Counted from the stretch's first letter, positions 1 to 25,863 are shown. The stretch: DNA of 32,547 nucleotides from Macrostomum lignano (GCA_002269645.1 NIVC01003896.1:1-32547); one strand, 5' to 3'. Notes: a model not told the origin generated them from the sequence alone. Numbers and translations are program-made.

Positions 1-444
1 ATATCTAGGCACCAATCCCTAAGATATCTAGGCGACAATCTCTAAGATCTAGGATCAATTCTATCACACCTAGGCGCCAATCTCTAAGATATCCTAAGCG
101 CCAATCTCTAAGATATTAAGGCGCCAATCTCTAAGATATCTAGGCGCCAATCTCTAAGATATCTAGGCACCAATCTCTAAGATCTAGGCATTAATCTCTA
201 TCACATCTAGGCGCCAATCTCTAAGATATCTAAGCGCCAATCTCTAAGATATTAAGGCGCCAATCTCTAAAATATCTAGGCGCCAATAACTAAGATATCT
301 AAGCGCCAATCTTTAATATATCTAGGCACCAACCTCTAAGCTATCTAGGCGCCAATCTCTAAGATATTAAGGCGCCAATCTCTCATATATCTAGGTGCCA
401 ATCTCTAAGAGACATCTAGACGCCAGTCTCTACAAGATCTAGGC
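1..444. repeat. Minisatellite A, about 23-bp unit TAGGCGCCAATCTCTAAGATATC (GCN1 intron 10, truncated by the window edge)
   Basis: Direct inspection; about 19 degenerate copies. Confidence 0.95.
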
Positions 445-468
445 AAGCTACAAAGAAGCAAACCTAAC

Positions 469-13768
<13,300 letters not shown>

Positions 13769-13956
13769 AGTCACTGACAGTGTTGATAATAATGTCTACC
13801 AGAACCAAGCAACTTCTAAGCCAACTTATTGGCTAATATTGACTTTGGAATTTTGAAAAAATCAGAGTGCACTAATCAGTAGCTGTGTATCTCATGAAGG
13901 TAAAAATTAGCAGAAATACATGCCGAAACTCACTTCGTAATAGGGGGCTGTTACCC

Positions 13957-14327
13957 TACCTATAGATCACTCAGCGGGATGCTACCCCCTGCCTATAGAT
14001 CACTCAGCGGGATGCTACCCCTGCCTATAGATCACTCAGCGGGATGCTACCCCTGCCTTTAGATCACTCAGCGGGATGCTACCCCTGCCTATAGATCACT
14101 CAGCGGGATGCTACCCCTGCCTATAGATCACTCAGCAGGATGCTACCCATACCAATAGACCACTCAGTAGGATGCTACCCCTGCCTATAGATCACTCAGT
14201 AGGATGCTACCCCTGCCTATAGATCACTCAGTAGGATGCTACCCCTGCCTATAGATCACTCGGTAGAATGCTACCCCTGCCTATAGATCACTCGGTAGAA
14301 TGCTACCCCTGCCTATAGATCATTCAG
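13957..14327. repeat. Minisatellite I, 32-bp unit CCTATAGATCACTCAGCGGGATGCTACCCCTG, upstream of GCN1
   Basis: About 11 copies with a gradient of variants (CAGCG > CAGTA > CGGTA). Confidence 0.96.
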
Positions 14328-15974
14328 TAAAAATAAACATAATCGCAATAATAAACATAGATTTAATCTGCTAACCTGCATGATATATTATCGCATATTG
14401 ATATATATTTATTCACTAAACGCACAATATTCAGTTATATTTACTCGCATTAACAAACGACTTGATCATAGCCAAAAAATGTCATTGGCTACTTTAAAAA
14501 AATAGAATTTACAAAACGAATATAAGATATTAAAATAAGTGAAAAAGACAAATGTTAACTAAAGACAGACACAAACAATTGCAAAGAATGACATACTAAA
14601 ATATAACTACAATCTCTGCATCAGAGCATCGAAATAACAGCAATTGCATAAACAGGTTGGTTTAGTTTTACATTTTAAAAAACGTGTGCGCGTAGTGAAA
14701 ATATATACTACTCAACTGAGCTCAAAAAACGCATATTACAAAATCCATATAGTTGACAACTATAAGAGAGTAGAGTAAGTGCGCAGGTGCCGAAAAAATA
14801 TAGTCATGCATAGCGAACCCAACATCGATTGTGGAGACGGTCTTGTGTAAAAGCACACAATTTCAAAACTCTTTCAAGACAGAGAGAAAACTCTTAGTTC
14901 TCTTCTTTGCATAACAATTCTGCATGAGAAAAGCACGAAAAAGGGAACTGCACTATCAAGGCGCTGGTCAAAAAATGTCCAGGAACTTTAGGAACATCAA
15001 CTATATTTATGATAATTATTATTGAATTTTTATTCAGTTTACTCAAATATATATATATATATGAATATAAATATGTCAGTTTCTGTTAACTTCTTCCACA
15101 ATCTCCGAGTTAACCCTGAGAGCAAATAAATATTATTTACAAATAATTATAGCAACAGCTAAATGGCCAATCTATCTAAGTAAATAATATATACATATAC
15201 AAAGTTTATAAATCAATAAAAAGAATTTGAGCTCACTAATATGAGCCTTTACCTTTACAGTGTTAATTATAAGCATCAATAAGCAATTTTATGGTTTTAG
15301 AATTTAATAAATTTCAAATTTAACAATCACAGACTGAGCACACTCAGCTCAGAGGCTTGAACTGCACAAAAACAAATTTGCATATTGTAGCACTACTGTT
15401 AGTAGCAATATTGATAAATATGAACGTTTTCTTTAATAAAAATTGTACACGAGATTAAATAGAAAACAAAAATTACTACAGGCAATATTGTCTCTTCACA
15501 ATTGACTTACCGGGTCGATTTTAAACTCTACTAAATAGATTTTTTTGAAGTGTAAATTCAACAAATTAAAGGGGACATTTATAATAAAACTTATGAAACT
15601 AAAGCTAATTTACTGTATTATTACAACATATTAAGATATGCTTTAGTTGATTTTAATGTAGTCTGATGCCAGCCACAGATACTAGAATAACTCGTTAGGC
15701 CGCACGAAAAAATTCGCTTATCTACTCTTTTTCAGTAGTAAAATTAGCGCTTTTAATTCGTTTTAGTAAAATTAAAAATCTATTAAACCTTACATTAAGT
15801 TTTTAAAGCTGAAACAATCGCCTTCTGTCTGGCTTTCTAAAAGTAAATCTGTTAAATAACATCTTCACAAGGTTTGAAGCTGCACCCAAATCCAGTGCCT
15901 GTGCTTAGCGAGCAAGAAAGAAAAAGGTTGGCGCCCCAGCCCCCAGCCAGGCCGATAAAGCTAGGCTTTCTTCT

Positions 15975-16609
15975 TGCCCGCTTATGTCTGGCTTTGACTT
16001 CTCTCCTTACTGCTATCCCATTGGCTGAGCCAGATTGGGCCTGTCCCCTAGGCTGAGTTTCGTCCGTCTGACTTTGACCCTCTCTCCTTACTGCTATCTC
16101 ATTGGCTGAGCTAGATTGGGCCTGTCCCCTAGGCTGAGTTTCGTCCGTCTGACTTTGACCCTCTCTCCTTACTGCTATCTCATTGGCTGAGCTAGATTGG
16201 GCCTGTCCCCTAGGCTGAATTTTATCCGTCAGACTTTAACCTCTCTCCTTACTGCTATCTCATTGGCTGAGCTAGATTGGGCCTGTCCCCTAGGCTGAGT
16301 TTCGTCAGTCTGACTTTGACAATCTCTCCTTACTGCTCTCTCACTGGCTGAGCTAGATTGGGCCTGCCCCCTAGGCTGAGTTTCGTCCGTCTGACTTTGA
16401 CCCTCTCTCCTTACTGCTCTCTCGTTGGCTGAGCCAGATTGGGCCTGTCCCCTAGGCTGAGTTTCGTCAGTCTGACTTTGACAATCTCTCCTTACTGCTC
16501 TCTCATTGGCTGAGCCAGATTGGGCCTGCCCCCTAGGCTGAGTTTCGTCCGTCTGACTTTGACCCTCTCTCCTTACTGCTCTCTCGTTGGCTGAGCTAGA
16601 TTGGGCCTG
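15975..16609. repeat. Minisatellite J, 80-81-bp unit, between the SNRK stop and the GCN1 start
   Basis: About 8 copies, each with two ATTGG (CCAAT on the minus strand). Confidence 0.96.
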
Positions 16610-16987
16610 TTAACTAACTAGACTGTCTGTTTCACTTTTTTACATCAAGTTTAATATTCTTAATCCCAGGGATGATCCTTAGGCTACAAACCTCGAGCGA
16701 GGAAGGAAAGAAAATTTTAGCTGTCACATTAAACTTAGGTGACACTGCGCAGATAAACTACTGAAAAAAGAGTAGATGCTTCGATTTTTTAAAACAAATT
16801 TCGAGTGAAATAGCTGACTATTCTAGCACCTGTAGTGCCAGCTGGGCAATGCCGAATGACACTGTTTCTACCGCAGTTACGTAAAATTTTGCAAGCCGTC
16901 AGATCGATCAGTAACGATTGATTTCATCAATTTCAGTTGAATTTCCCAAACGCGCGCACACAAAACAAATGCAGATTGATTTCCAAT

Positions 16988-18502
16988 TCAGCTGATTGTA
17001 CAACACCGTATTCGAAACTTCTCCATTGATGCTTTTGACGCAGCCTGAGCAGTATTAGTGGCTTGAGCCGAGGAATTAGCAACAGCGATGACTAATCCGC
17101 TATCCTGTCTTGAACAGGAAGCCAGCTGTTGCTGACGCTGCCATTTGGCATTGCCGCTGTTGATATCAACCGCCTGGTGACTATGATTTCTCTGCTGATG
17201 ACCACCGCTATTGTGCGGAGGCAGGCGACCGATCTGCCTACTATTTCGCTGTCTAGAACTGCGGGACGAACGCCTGCGCTGTCTGGAAGAATGCGCTTGC
17301 TGCTGCTGCTGCTGCTGTTTCTGCTTTTGCGAACGAGTAGATGACCCGCTATCAGACGCTCTGTGGATCTCTTCTGAGCTAAGCGATACGCACTGATTAA
17401 CATGACCGGATAAGCCAGTTCGCCTATTGTGATTACTATCGGACTCTTTGCGCGGCTGTTTATTACTACTACTACTTCTAGTAGCATTCTTTCTGCTCGA
17501 ATCCACAGTATCATCTCCGGAATTGTTGTCAATTATTTCTCTGTCGCAGTCGTCGTCAGAGTCGGCTTCAAGGTCAACTTCATCTGTTGAAGCAACTGGC
17601 GCCGTGGTGGCAGCGAGAATTGTGGAATTACTATTATTGTTATTGCTAGTAGTAGTACTGGTAGTAGTATTTCCGCTAGCTGGATAGAACACACACGAGT
17701 TCTGCTTGCTGCCATTGTTAATAGGGCTGGGACAGCCGCCTAGATCGCGCATCAAATCCACTGCCACCCGCTGAGACGACAGCGATCGAAGACTCGAAGC
17801 CAGCGAGCTCAACGAGAAACTGCTCTCTCTAGCCGCGCTAGATCGACGCTTCTGCGACGATGTCGACGAGCCTCCGCCGCCGATATTCGCAGATTGCAGC
17901 GTCGCCGCGCCGGGAAACAGCGCCGATGAAGAAAGAACCGGCGTAGGAATCTGCAGCACTCCGCCCTCCCCTGTCTCCTCTTCTCTGATTGGATCGCACA
18001 GGGCGGCCAATCCTGATAGGCTGGAGAGACGGCCGCCCACCCCACCGCCGCCGCTGAACTGCGGAGACTGCAAACGAACCGGCGGGGTGCCGCTCCCAGC
18101 CGCTGCGGCCGCGGCGCCGGCGGCACCGGCCTCTTCCAAACAAGCGACATCGTCGTCTTCTTCTTCTAGAATCATTGAGAAACGGCGCAGTTTCTCTTCA
18201 ACGCTAAGCGAAGCAGACGAAGATTGTCGACTGCTGCCGCCGCCGCTGGATGCTTGCTGTTGCTGCTGCTGAATGTCAGCACTCGCTGCCGACAATGCAG
18301 ACGGATCCGATGTCTTTCGCTGGCTTTGATGCTGCTGATGTTGTAGCAGCAAATGTCGAGCGGAAGAACCCGCGGCCGGAGATGCTAGGTTCCGTTTAAT
18401 TAACCTCTCAGCTAGCAGATAAAACGTGGACGTAATGTAACTGTAATCGTCGCGTTCTAATGCTTCGAGTATCTCCTGCTCTGTTGCTAGGCCGCCGTCC
18501 AC
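16988..18502 (-). CDS. SNRK: SNRK exon 3 (UBA-like segment plus low-complexity tail, stop at 16988-16990)
   Basis: Acceptor CTGCAG at 18503; 1515-nt open frame [33 protein letters not shown]...RCCTIS*. Confidence 0.92.
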   Translation of the reverse strand: MDGGLATEQEILEALERDDYSYITSTFYLLAERLIKRNLASPAAGSSARHLLLQHQQHQSQRKTSDPSALSAASADIQQQQQQASSGGGSSRQSSSASLSVEEKLRRFSMILEEEDDDVACLEEAGAAGAAAAAAGSGTPPVRLQSPQFSGGGGVGGRLSSLSGLAALCDPIREEETGEGGVLQIPTPVLSSSALFPGAATLQSANIGGGGSSTSSQKRRSSAARESSFSLSSLASSLRSLSSQRVAVDLMRDLGGCPSPINNGSKQNSCVFYPASGNTTTSTTTSNNNNSNSTILAATTAPVASTDEVDLEADSDDDCDREIIDNNSGDDTVDSSRKNATRSSSSNKQPRKESDSNHNRRTGLSGHVNQCVSLSSEEIHRASDSGSSTRSQKQKQQQQQQQAHSSRQRRRSSRSSRQRNSRQIGRLPPHNSGGHQQRNHSHQAVDINSGNAKWQRQQQLASCSRQDSGLVIAVANSSAQATNTAQAASKASMEKFRIRCCTIS

Positions 18503-21123
18503 CTGCAGTGCGACAGTTCAAATTGTTTAAATCGACTGCAAGTTTGTGACAAACTGAACGGACACCGAGACAGAAAATTTTAATGTACATTGGAGCAGAG
18601 AATCTGAATGTACATTGGGGCAGAGAATCGGAATGTACATTGGGGCGGAGAATCTGAATGTACATTGGGGCAGAGAATCCGAATGTACATTGGGGCAGAG
18701 AATCGAATGTACATTGGGGCAGAGAATCTCAGTGTACATTGGGGCAGAGAATCGGAATGTACATTGGGGCAGAGAATCTGAATGTACATTGGAGCAGAGA
18801 ATCTCAATGTACATTGGGGCAGAGAATCGGAATGTACATTGGGGCAGAGAATCTCAATGTACATTGGGGCAGAGAATCTGGTTGTACAATGGGCAGAAAA
18901 AAAACTGCATGATTGTACACTGGGCAGAGAGAAAACTGCATGAATGTACATTGAGGCAGATAATCTGGCTGTACATTGGGACAGAGAAACTCAATGTACA
19001 TTGGGACAGAGAACCAAACTGTACATTGGGGCACACAGTCTGGATGTACACTGGGGCAGAGATAAACAGCAAGCATGTACACTGGGCAAGAGAGAAAATT
19101 GCATGGATGTACATTAGGACAGAAAATATGAATGTAAACCAAAACCCAGGACTGTCTCTAACATCTGCTACTCACCATCTTGCCAATAACCTCCTGTTGG
19201 TCAGCCTGACTAATCCTACCCAGACTAATCAATGGCCTCTCATCGTAGACGCTATGCTGCACGTCGGCGAACCAATCGTCAGTTAGTATGCCATCCAAAG
19301 TTGGCCGTTTCGATGGATCCCGCTGCAATAATCGGCTAATTAGGCTGCGACATTGGTCGGTAACGTGCTTAGGGACTTTGTAACGCACGTCCATAATGCG
19401 AGCTAAGGTCTCGGAATCGTTAGGCTCTTGAAATGGCAGTCGACCGGATACTAGCATGAATAGGATCACGCCTGTCAAACGATGGTATGAACGATGAGCG
19501 ACACTTGTCAATCATTTTAATCATTGCAAAAGTTATTTTGTGGGCACCCAGGCGCAACGCCCTCGGTGACTTTGTCCCACAACCATGCAGAGGTGCAGCG
19601 ATTCTGCGCCATTCCGCTGCGCTTGGCCACACACGATTCTGCCCACACACAAGCGCGCCAAGACCGTAGGCAGGCACACACTCACACACCCACTCACACA
19701 GGGGGTACAGCGGTGGTAAGTCACGCGCTTATTGACACTGCTTATTAGCTAGTTTTTATATTTTACATTTCAAAATTTCCCGTGATTTAGAATAATTAGA
19801 TACTCATTAAAATGCACTCTAAGAGGAGCTAAATGTCATTTAATGTAATTAGTTCAAGTAGTGTTTTTGACAGCCTAACTGAGAAAAAAGCCATTTAAAC
19901 CGAGAATCCTCCATACGCTGCCTGCGAGGGGCCCCGGCTGTCTCATGCCTTAGTCTATGGGCTAAGACTGTCAAAGCCAACCAAAGTGATAAAAAGAAAC
20001 CCAAACTGAGAATCGATCGGTTTCTCTCTTTCCTAGCTCTCTCCAGCCCCTGCGAGCTCAACCCTCCTTGACCATTGCCTCTCCAACACCCACAAGGGAT
20101 GTTGCCTACTTGCATTTATCACTTATATCTAATACAATACTCTGCAGTCCAAATGCCTATTGCTTCATCTGTAGACAGCCAGCGACTCATCGCAGTCATT
20201 TCATTTTATTCTTTGCAACATCAATTGTATCTGTTTCTGTTTCTGTTATACAAAACAATCGACAATCGACTATGGCCCATAGACTAAGGCAAGAAACAGC
20301 CAAGGCCCCTTGCAGGCAGCGTATGGAGGATTCTCAGTAGTCAGAGGTCAGAGGCTTAACAGATCAAAAGCATAGGGTATAGATATGCTTTGACTGCTGC
20401 CAGCTGGGTTTCCAATTTGGCATCCTTAATCTCTAGAGAGCCTGCTACAAAACTCAGAAGCTCACCTAGCGACCAGACATCCACCTTAGGCGCATCATAG
20501 GAATCGCCAAGCAGAATTTCCGGCGCCGAATAGGCCAACGAGCCGCAAGAGGTTTCCAAATACTTGCCAGGCGTGAACACATTGGAGAAACCGAAATCGG
20601 TCAGTTTAACAACGCCCAGTCGTTCGAATACAACACAGTTCTCTAATTTTAAATCTCGATGACACACGTGCAACCGATGACAATAAGCAATTGCAGTGAC
20701 AATCTGATAAAAGAAACTCTTAGCTAAAGACTCCTTTAATCCGCTGTTGTCGTCCTGTCGAACAATGAAATCGTACAGGTCACCGCCGTCGCCCAACTCC
20801 AATATGAGATAGAGCTTATTAGGCGTATCAATTACGTCATACAGCCTGACAACATTCGGATGCTGTACAAGCTTCATACACATCACCTCCTGATAGAGGC
20901 TCTCTCGATTAGACGAATCTAACTTAGCTTTGTCAATAACTTTAACGGCAACCTGTTCGCCAGTAAACACGTGCCTAGCTAGTTTGACAACAGCAAAATG
21001 GCCCCGGCCAATGGTGTGATGCAGCTCATACTGCCCAGCTATGCGCATCTCTGCCGAGTCACAAGAATAGTGCCGATTAGGCTGCAACTGCTGTCGCCTC
21101 TGTACAGCAGGGTCTAGAGACAT
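16988..21123 (-). CDS. SNRK: SNF-related serine/threonine kinase (AMPK family), 3 coding exons, about 822 aa
   Basis: Kinase motifs [34 protein letters not shown] and [12 protein letters not shown] are typical of SNRK; UBA-like segment follows; long S/Q/N-rich tail ends in CCTIS. Confidence 0.95.
18582..19135. repeat. Minisatellite K, 25-bp unit AATGTACATTGGGGCAGAGAATCTG (SNRK intron 2)
   Basis: About 22 copies, degenerating toward 19135. Confidence 0.95.
19176..19471 (-). CDS. SNRK: SNRK exon 2 ([22 protein letters not shown]...VIGKM)
   Basis: Acceptor GACAG at 19472; donor ATG|GTGAGT at 19175; 296 nt. Confidence 0.94.
19899..20338. mobile_element. Foldback/MITE-like element in SNRK intron 1
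   Basis: 64-bp inverted arms at 19899-19962 and 20275-20338 with about 6 mismatches; no clear TSD. Confidence 0.7.
20466..21123 (-). CDS. SNRK: SNRK coding exon 1 (N-terminus and most of the kinase domain)
   Basis: ATG at 21123 (MSLDPAV), 7 nt after an AG; donor G|GTGAGC at 20465, phase 1. Confidence 0.92.
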
Positions 21124-23689
21124 CTTTGCACTGATTATTGAGATTCTGTTATCATGCAATTATGAAACTAAATATACTACCTGCATTGGCATATGGATTT
21201 ACACTACAGCAGTCTAGTAAGGACTTTAGTCATTTTGTTTATTGATGCAAGTAATGCTAAACACAGAGAATAGCTGAAATGTGCATTGGTTGATTACCTT
21301 TTTAGTGAATAAGCAACCTTTGCAATTACAAATGTTATTAACTAAAATATACTTTGCATTCATATAAACAATAAAAATAAAAGGCATGTTGAAGCACCAC
21401 CAAGGTTTAAAGCATTTCCTTGTCTCCCATTAGAGATTAGGCCTAGATTACATTCAACAATCTACAATTGATTTTGCAATTTACCATTCTATTAGGCCCT
21501 ACAAATTTATACATTTTACCCTGCTAGGCCTATTCCATTCCAATTCTGCTACAGATTCTACATTTAACTGGCTACTAGATTCACTAGCACCCAATATTCA
21601 AATGAAAAAAAAATACTTTTTACGCCTAGTCAAACCTTATGGCTTATGGGCATTATGGCTAACTAATAGAACAGTTAGATCACAGTTTTAGGACTTAGTA
21701 GGCCTATTATATAATATACCTAATATCTCAATATCTCAATCTGCACTGTTCAGTAGGCCATAATTCTTAGTACCTGTACTGAGAGTCTGTAGACCAGTAG
21801 ACAAAGCATATGTGCATGAGCTAGGCTAGGCCTATCATAAGCTTGAACAAAAAGTTGTTGGAAATTATAAAATAAGAGAATTAAATTACATTAAAACAAG
21901 CTTTCTTAGCTCTTAATCTTTTTTCAGAGTGATTTTCCAGATGGCTATTTATTTGTATGGAAAAAATAAGTCACAGTAATTGAGTAAGTGTAGGCCCTAT
22001 GCCAAAAAATAAAATCTCATTCAATTCTTCAATGCTTCAAACTACTAGGCCCTATGCTTTCCACTTTCCAGGTCTTCTAACATTTTAATAAATTCTTCCC
22101 AAAATCTAAACGAAACAATTTTCATGTGTGGATTTAACTATCGCATTATTTTATAAAATTTGTGACCATCGAAAGAACGATTCACCAATTTTGATCACCG
22201 GTCGTTGCGATGCGTGTTTCGAAAAAAAGGCACTTCAAGTTTTAGAAAAAAGTTCATATTTAAACAAAGCGTATATCTAAATATATTTTGTACATACTAA
22301 CAAGCAAAAACTTTTGATTTGACTCTTTATTTTGTCAAAATACTTATAATTCTTATCTTTTTACTAACTTTTAAATATTTTGAAGGTAGCATTCTTTTCT
22401 TTTTAATTTGTCATCTGTTAGAACATTTTTGATGCAATTACATTTACTTTTGTAGCAATGCTACTTTTGGACCAGTAATACTTTAAGCTTTAAAGTTATA
22501 AAGTCGTATAGTTCTCACAAGGACTTCTAGACTAACAGGACGTAAAACTCAAAGATCGTGCAATTTTTTGGAGGCCACGATTTCCTGGAAAAAATACACT
22601 GCGAAGATAGGAAAAAATCTGTTTTTCATCACAAAATCTGTGATTGTATTTGATCTGGGGCAGTGAAGACTAGCATTCTTTTAATTTAACATGCACAACA
22701 TGTTACTCTATTATATTTTTATATAGCTGTGTAGTGAAGTTTTCATTTTCATATTGTTTTCACTTTATTTCATAAGCCCAAAGTTGCAAACTTACAAGTG
22801 GCATTAGGCCTAGCCAAACTTTTTGTGTTGTTCTTTTTAAAATAAAGTATAAAAACATTGCATGTAGGTACTCTTAGTCTTAAGCTATTATTGTAGGTTT
22901 AGTAACTATACTAATTCCTAGGCCTACTAGAACTAGACCTATCACTACAGTACACTATCTAGCCTAATAAGTAATTAAATTTAGACAATGATTTTTTTAT
23001 TATATATAGATTACCAATACATAGTTTCATATGGTTGGTTACCTAGGCTTGAGAAAGCTGTATTATCAGTTTTTAAGCCAAGCCTATATCCTATATACTA
23101 AAAATGAGTTGTCTGTGGGTAGGTAGGTAGGTAGGTATGCGATAGATTTCAGAAAAAATGGCTCAACCGATTTTCTTCAAACTTGCATTATTCGATCAGA
23201 AATTTTCCTGGGACGGTACATGCATCTTGGCTAAGAAATTGCTCAATTTTAAAGGGATTAAATATTCGAAAAACATGCTTTTTTGCAAAGGTCAAGCAGC
23301 TCTTTCGACCTGAAATGCATTGTAAGAATGCTAGAGAAAAAACTGACTGACTGAATTCCGATTGTGATAAAGATTGCATCACAACAAGTTGAAAACAGTA
23401 CCGAAGAAATGCACACACGACTTGATTTAAATTGCGTAACCATATTGCTAACTTAAATTGAGACTGATACTGGCTGACTGAGAAATTGATTATGTCATAA
23501 CTTTTTACTCCAATTGACTTGCTGTAAGAATTGAATTATAAGGGCCACAATTCATGTTCTCCAATTGAAAAGAGATAGCCCTGATGCGAACAGACTGGAA
23601 TGCTAATGTAGCGACCTGGGTTCGAATCATAGTAGTGCAAAAAGATTTTTTTATTAAAACACCTTAAAAACACAACAAAACTGCTAAAC

Positions 23690-25765
23690 ATCAAAGAAGC
23701 GCAATGTCAAACATAGAAGAGCCAACATATCGAACATAAAAGAGTTACCATGTCAAACATAAAAGAGCTACCATGTCGAACATTAAAGAGCTACCATGTC
23801 GAACATTAAAGAGCCACCATGTCAAACATAAAAGAGCCACCATGTCAAACATAAAACAGCCACCATTTCGAACATTAAAGAGCCACCATTTCGAACATTA
23901 AAGAGCCACCATTTTGAACATTAAAGAGCCACTATGTCAAACAATTAAGAGCCACCATGTCAAACATAAAAGAGCCAACATGTCAGACATTCAAAAGCCA
24001 CCGTATCAAACATAAAAGAGTTACCATGTAGAACAAAAAAGATCCACCATGTCGAACATAAAAGAGCCACCATGTCAAACATAAAGAGCCACCATGTCAA
24101 ACATTTAGAAGCCACCATGTCAAACATATATGTGACTTTATGTCAAATATTAAAGAGCCACCATGTGAAACATTAAAGAGCCACCATGTCAAACATTTAA
24201 GAGTCACCATGTCAAACCTAAAAGAGCCACCATGTCGAACATAAAAGAGCCACAATGTCAAACATTAAAGAGCCACCATTTCAAACCTAAAGGAGCCACC
24301 ATGTCGAACATTAAAGAGCCACCATGTCGAACATAAAAGAGCCACCATATCAAACATAAAAGAGTTACCATGTCAAACATTAAAGAGCCACCATGTCAAA
24401 CATAAAGCAGCCACCATTTCGAAAATTAAGGAGCCACCATTTCGAAAATTAAGGAGCCACCATGTCGAACATTAAAGAGCCACCATGTCAAACATTTAGG
24501 AGCCACCATGTCAAACATATATGTGACTTTATGTCAAATATTAAAGAGCCACCATGTGAAACATTAAAGAGCCACCATGTCAAACATTTAAGAGTCACCA
24601 TGTCAAACCTAAAAGAGCCACCATGTCGAACATAAAAGAGCCACAATGTCAAACATTAAAGAGCCACCATTTCAAACCTAAAGGAGCCACCATGTCGAAC
24701 ATTAAAGAGCCACCATGTCGAACATAAAAGAGCCACCATATCAAACATAAAAGAGTTACCATGTCAAACATTAAAGAGCCACCATGTCAAACATAAAGCA
24801 GCCACCATTTCGAAAATTAAGGAGCCACCATTTCGAAAATTAAGAAGCCACCATGTCGAACATTAAAGAGCCACCTTGTCAAATATTAAAGAGCCACAAT
24901 GTCAAACATTAAAGAGCCACCATTTCAAACCTAAATGAGCCACCATGTCGAACATTAAAGAGCCACCATGTCGAACATAAAAGAGCCACCATGTCGAACA
25001 TAAAACAGACACCATTAAGAACATTAAAGAGCCACCATGTCGAACATTAAAGAGCCACCATGTCAAACATTAAAGAGCCACCATGTCAAACATAAAAGAG
25101 CCACCATTTCGAAAATTAAGGAGCCACCATTTCGAAAATTAAAGAGCCACCATGTTAAACATTAAAGGGCCACCTTGTCAAATATTAAAGAGCCACCATG
25201 TCAAACATAAAACAGCCACCATTTCGAAAATTAAAGAGCCACCATGTCGAACAATAAAGAGCCACCATGTCAAACATAAAACAGACACCATTAAGAACAT
25301 TAAAGAGCCACCATGTCGAACATTAAAGAGCCACCATGTCAAACATAAAACAGCCACCATTTCGAAAATTAAGGAGCCACCATTTCGAAATTTAAAGAGC
25401 CACCATGTTAAACATTAAAGGGCCACCTTGTCAAATATTAAAGAGCCACCATTTCAAACCCAAAAGAGCGACCATGTCGAACATACAAGAGCCACCATGT
25501 CGAACATAAAAGAGCAGCCATGTAGAACATAAAAGAGCCACCATGTCGAACATAAAAGAGCCACCATGTCAAACATAAAAAAGCCAGCATGTCAAACATA
25601 AAAGAGCCAACATGAAGAACATTAAAGAGCCACCATGTCGACCATTAAAAGAGCCACCATGTCGAACATACAAGAGCCACCATGTCAAACATAAAAAAGC
25701 CACCATGTCGAACAATAAAGAGCCACCATGTCAAACATAAAAGAGCCACCATGTCAAACATTCAA
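23690..25765. repeat. Minisatellite L, 23-bp unit AAAGAGCCACCATGTCAAACATT, inside the Helitron
   Basis: About 90 copies with higher-order duplications of 391 bp and 276 bp. Confidence 0.97.
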
Positions 25766-25863
25766 GATATACAATTTCAAATGTAAAGGTATAAAGCGCC
25801 ATGCCAATTTAAAGGAGCCACTATAAAGCTAAGGAAATTGTCGCTCTAGCTACTTTTTGTCTG

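Noticed and set aside
17092-18272. Alternative-frame and antisense ORFs overlapping the SNRK tail
   Set aside because: These are shadows of GC-rich, low-complexity coding sequence with no independent domain features.
21124-21159. Upstream in-frame ATG extending SNRK ([12 protein letters not shown])
   Set aside because: It lies upstream of the acceptor-like AG at 21131-21132 in AT-rich sequence and is probably intronic or outronic. Transcript data are needed to exclude it fully.
23619-23628. tRNA B-box GGTTCGAATC
   Set aside because: There is no A-box, cloverleaf or acceptor stem; at most it is a SINE or tRNA fragment within the Helitron.
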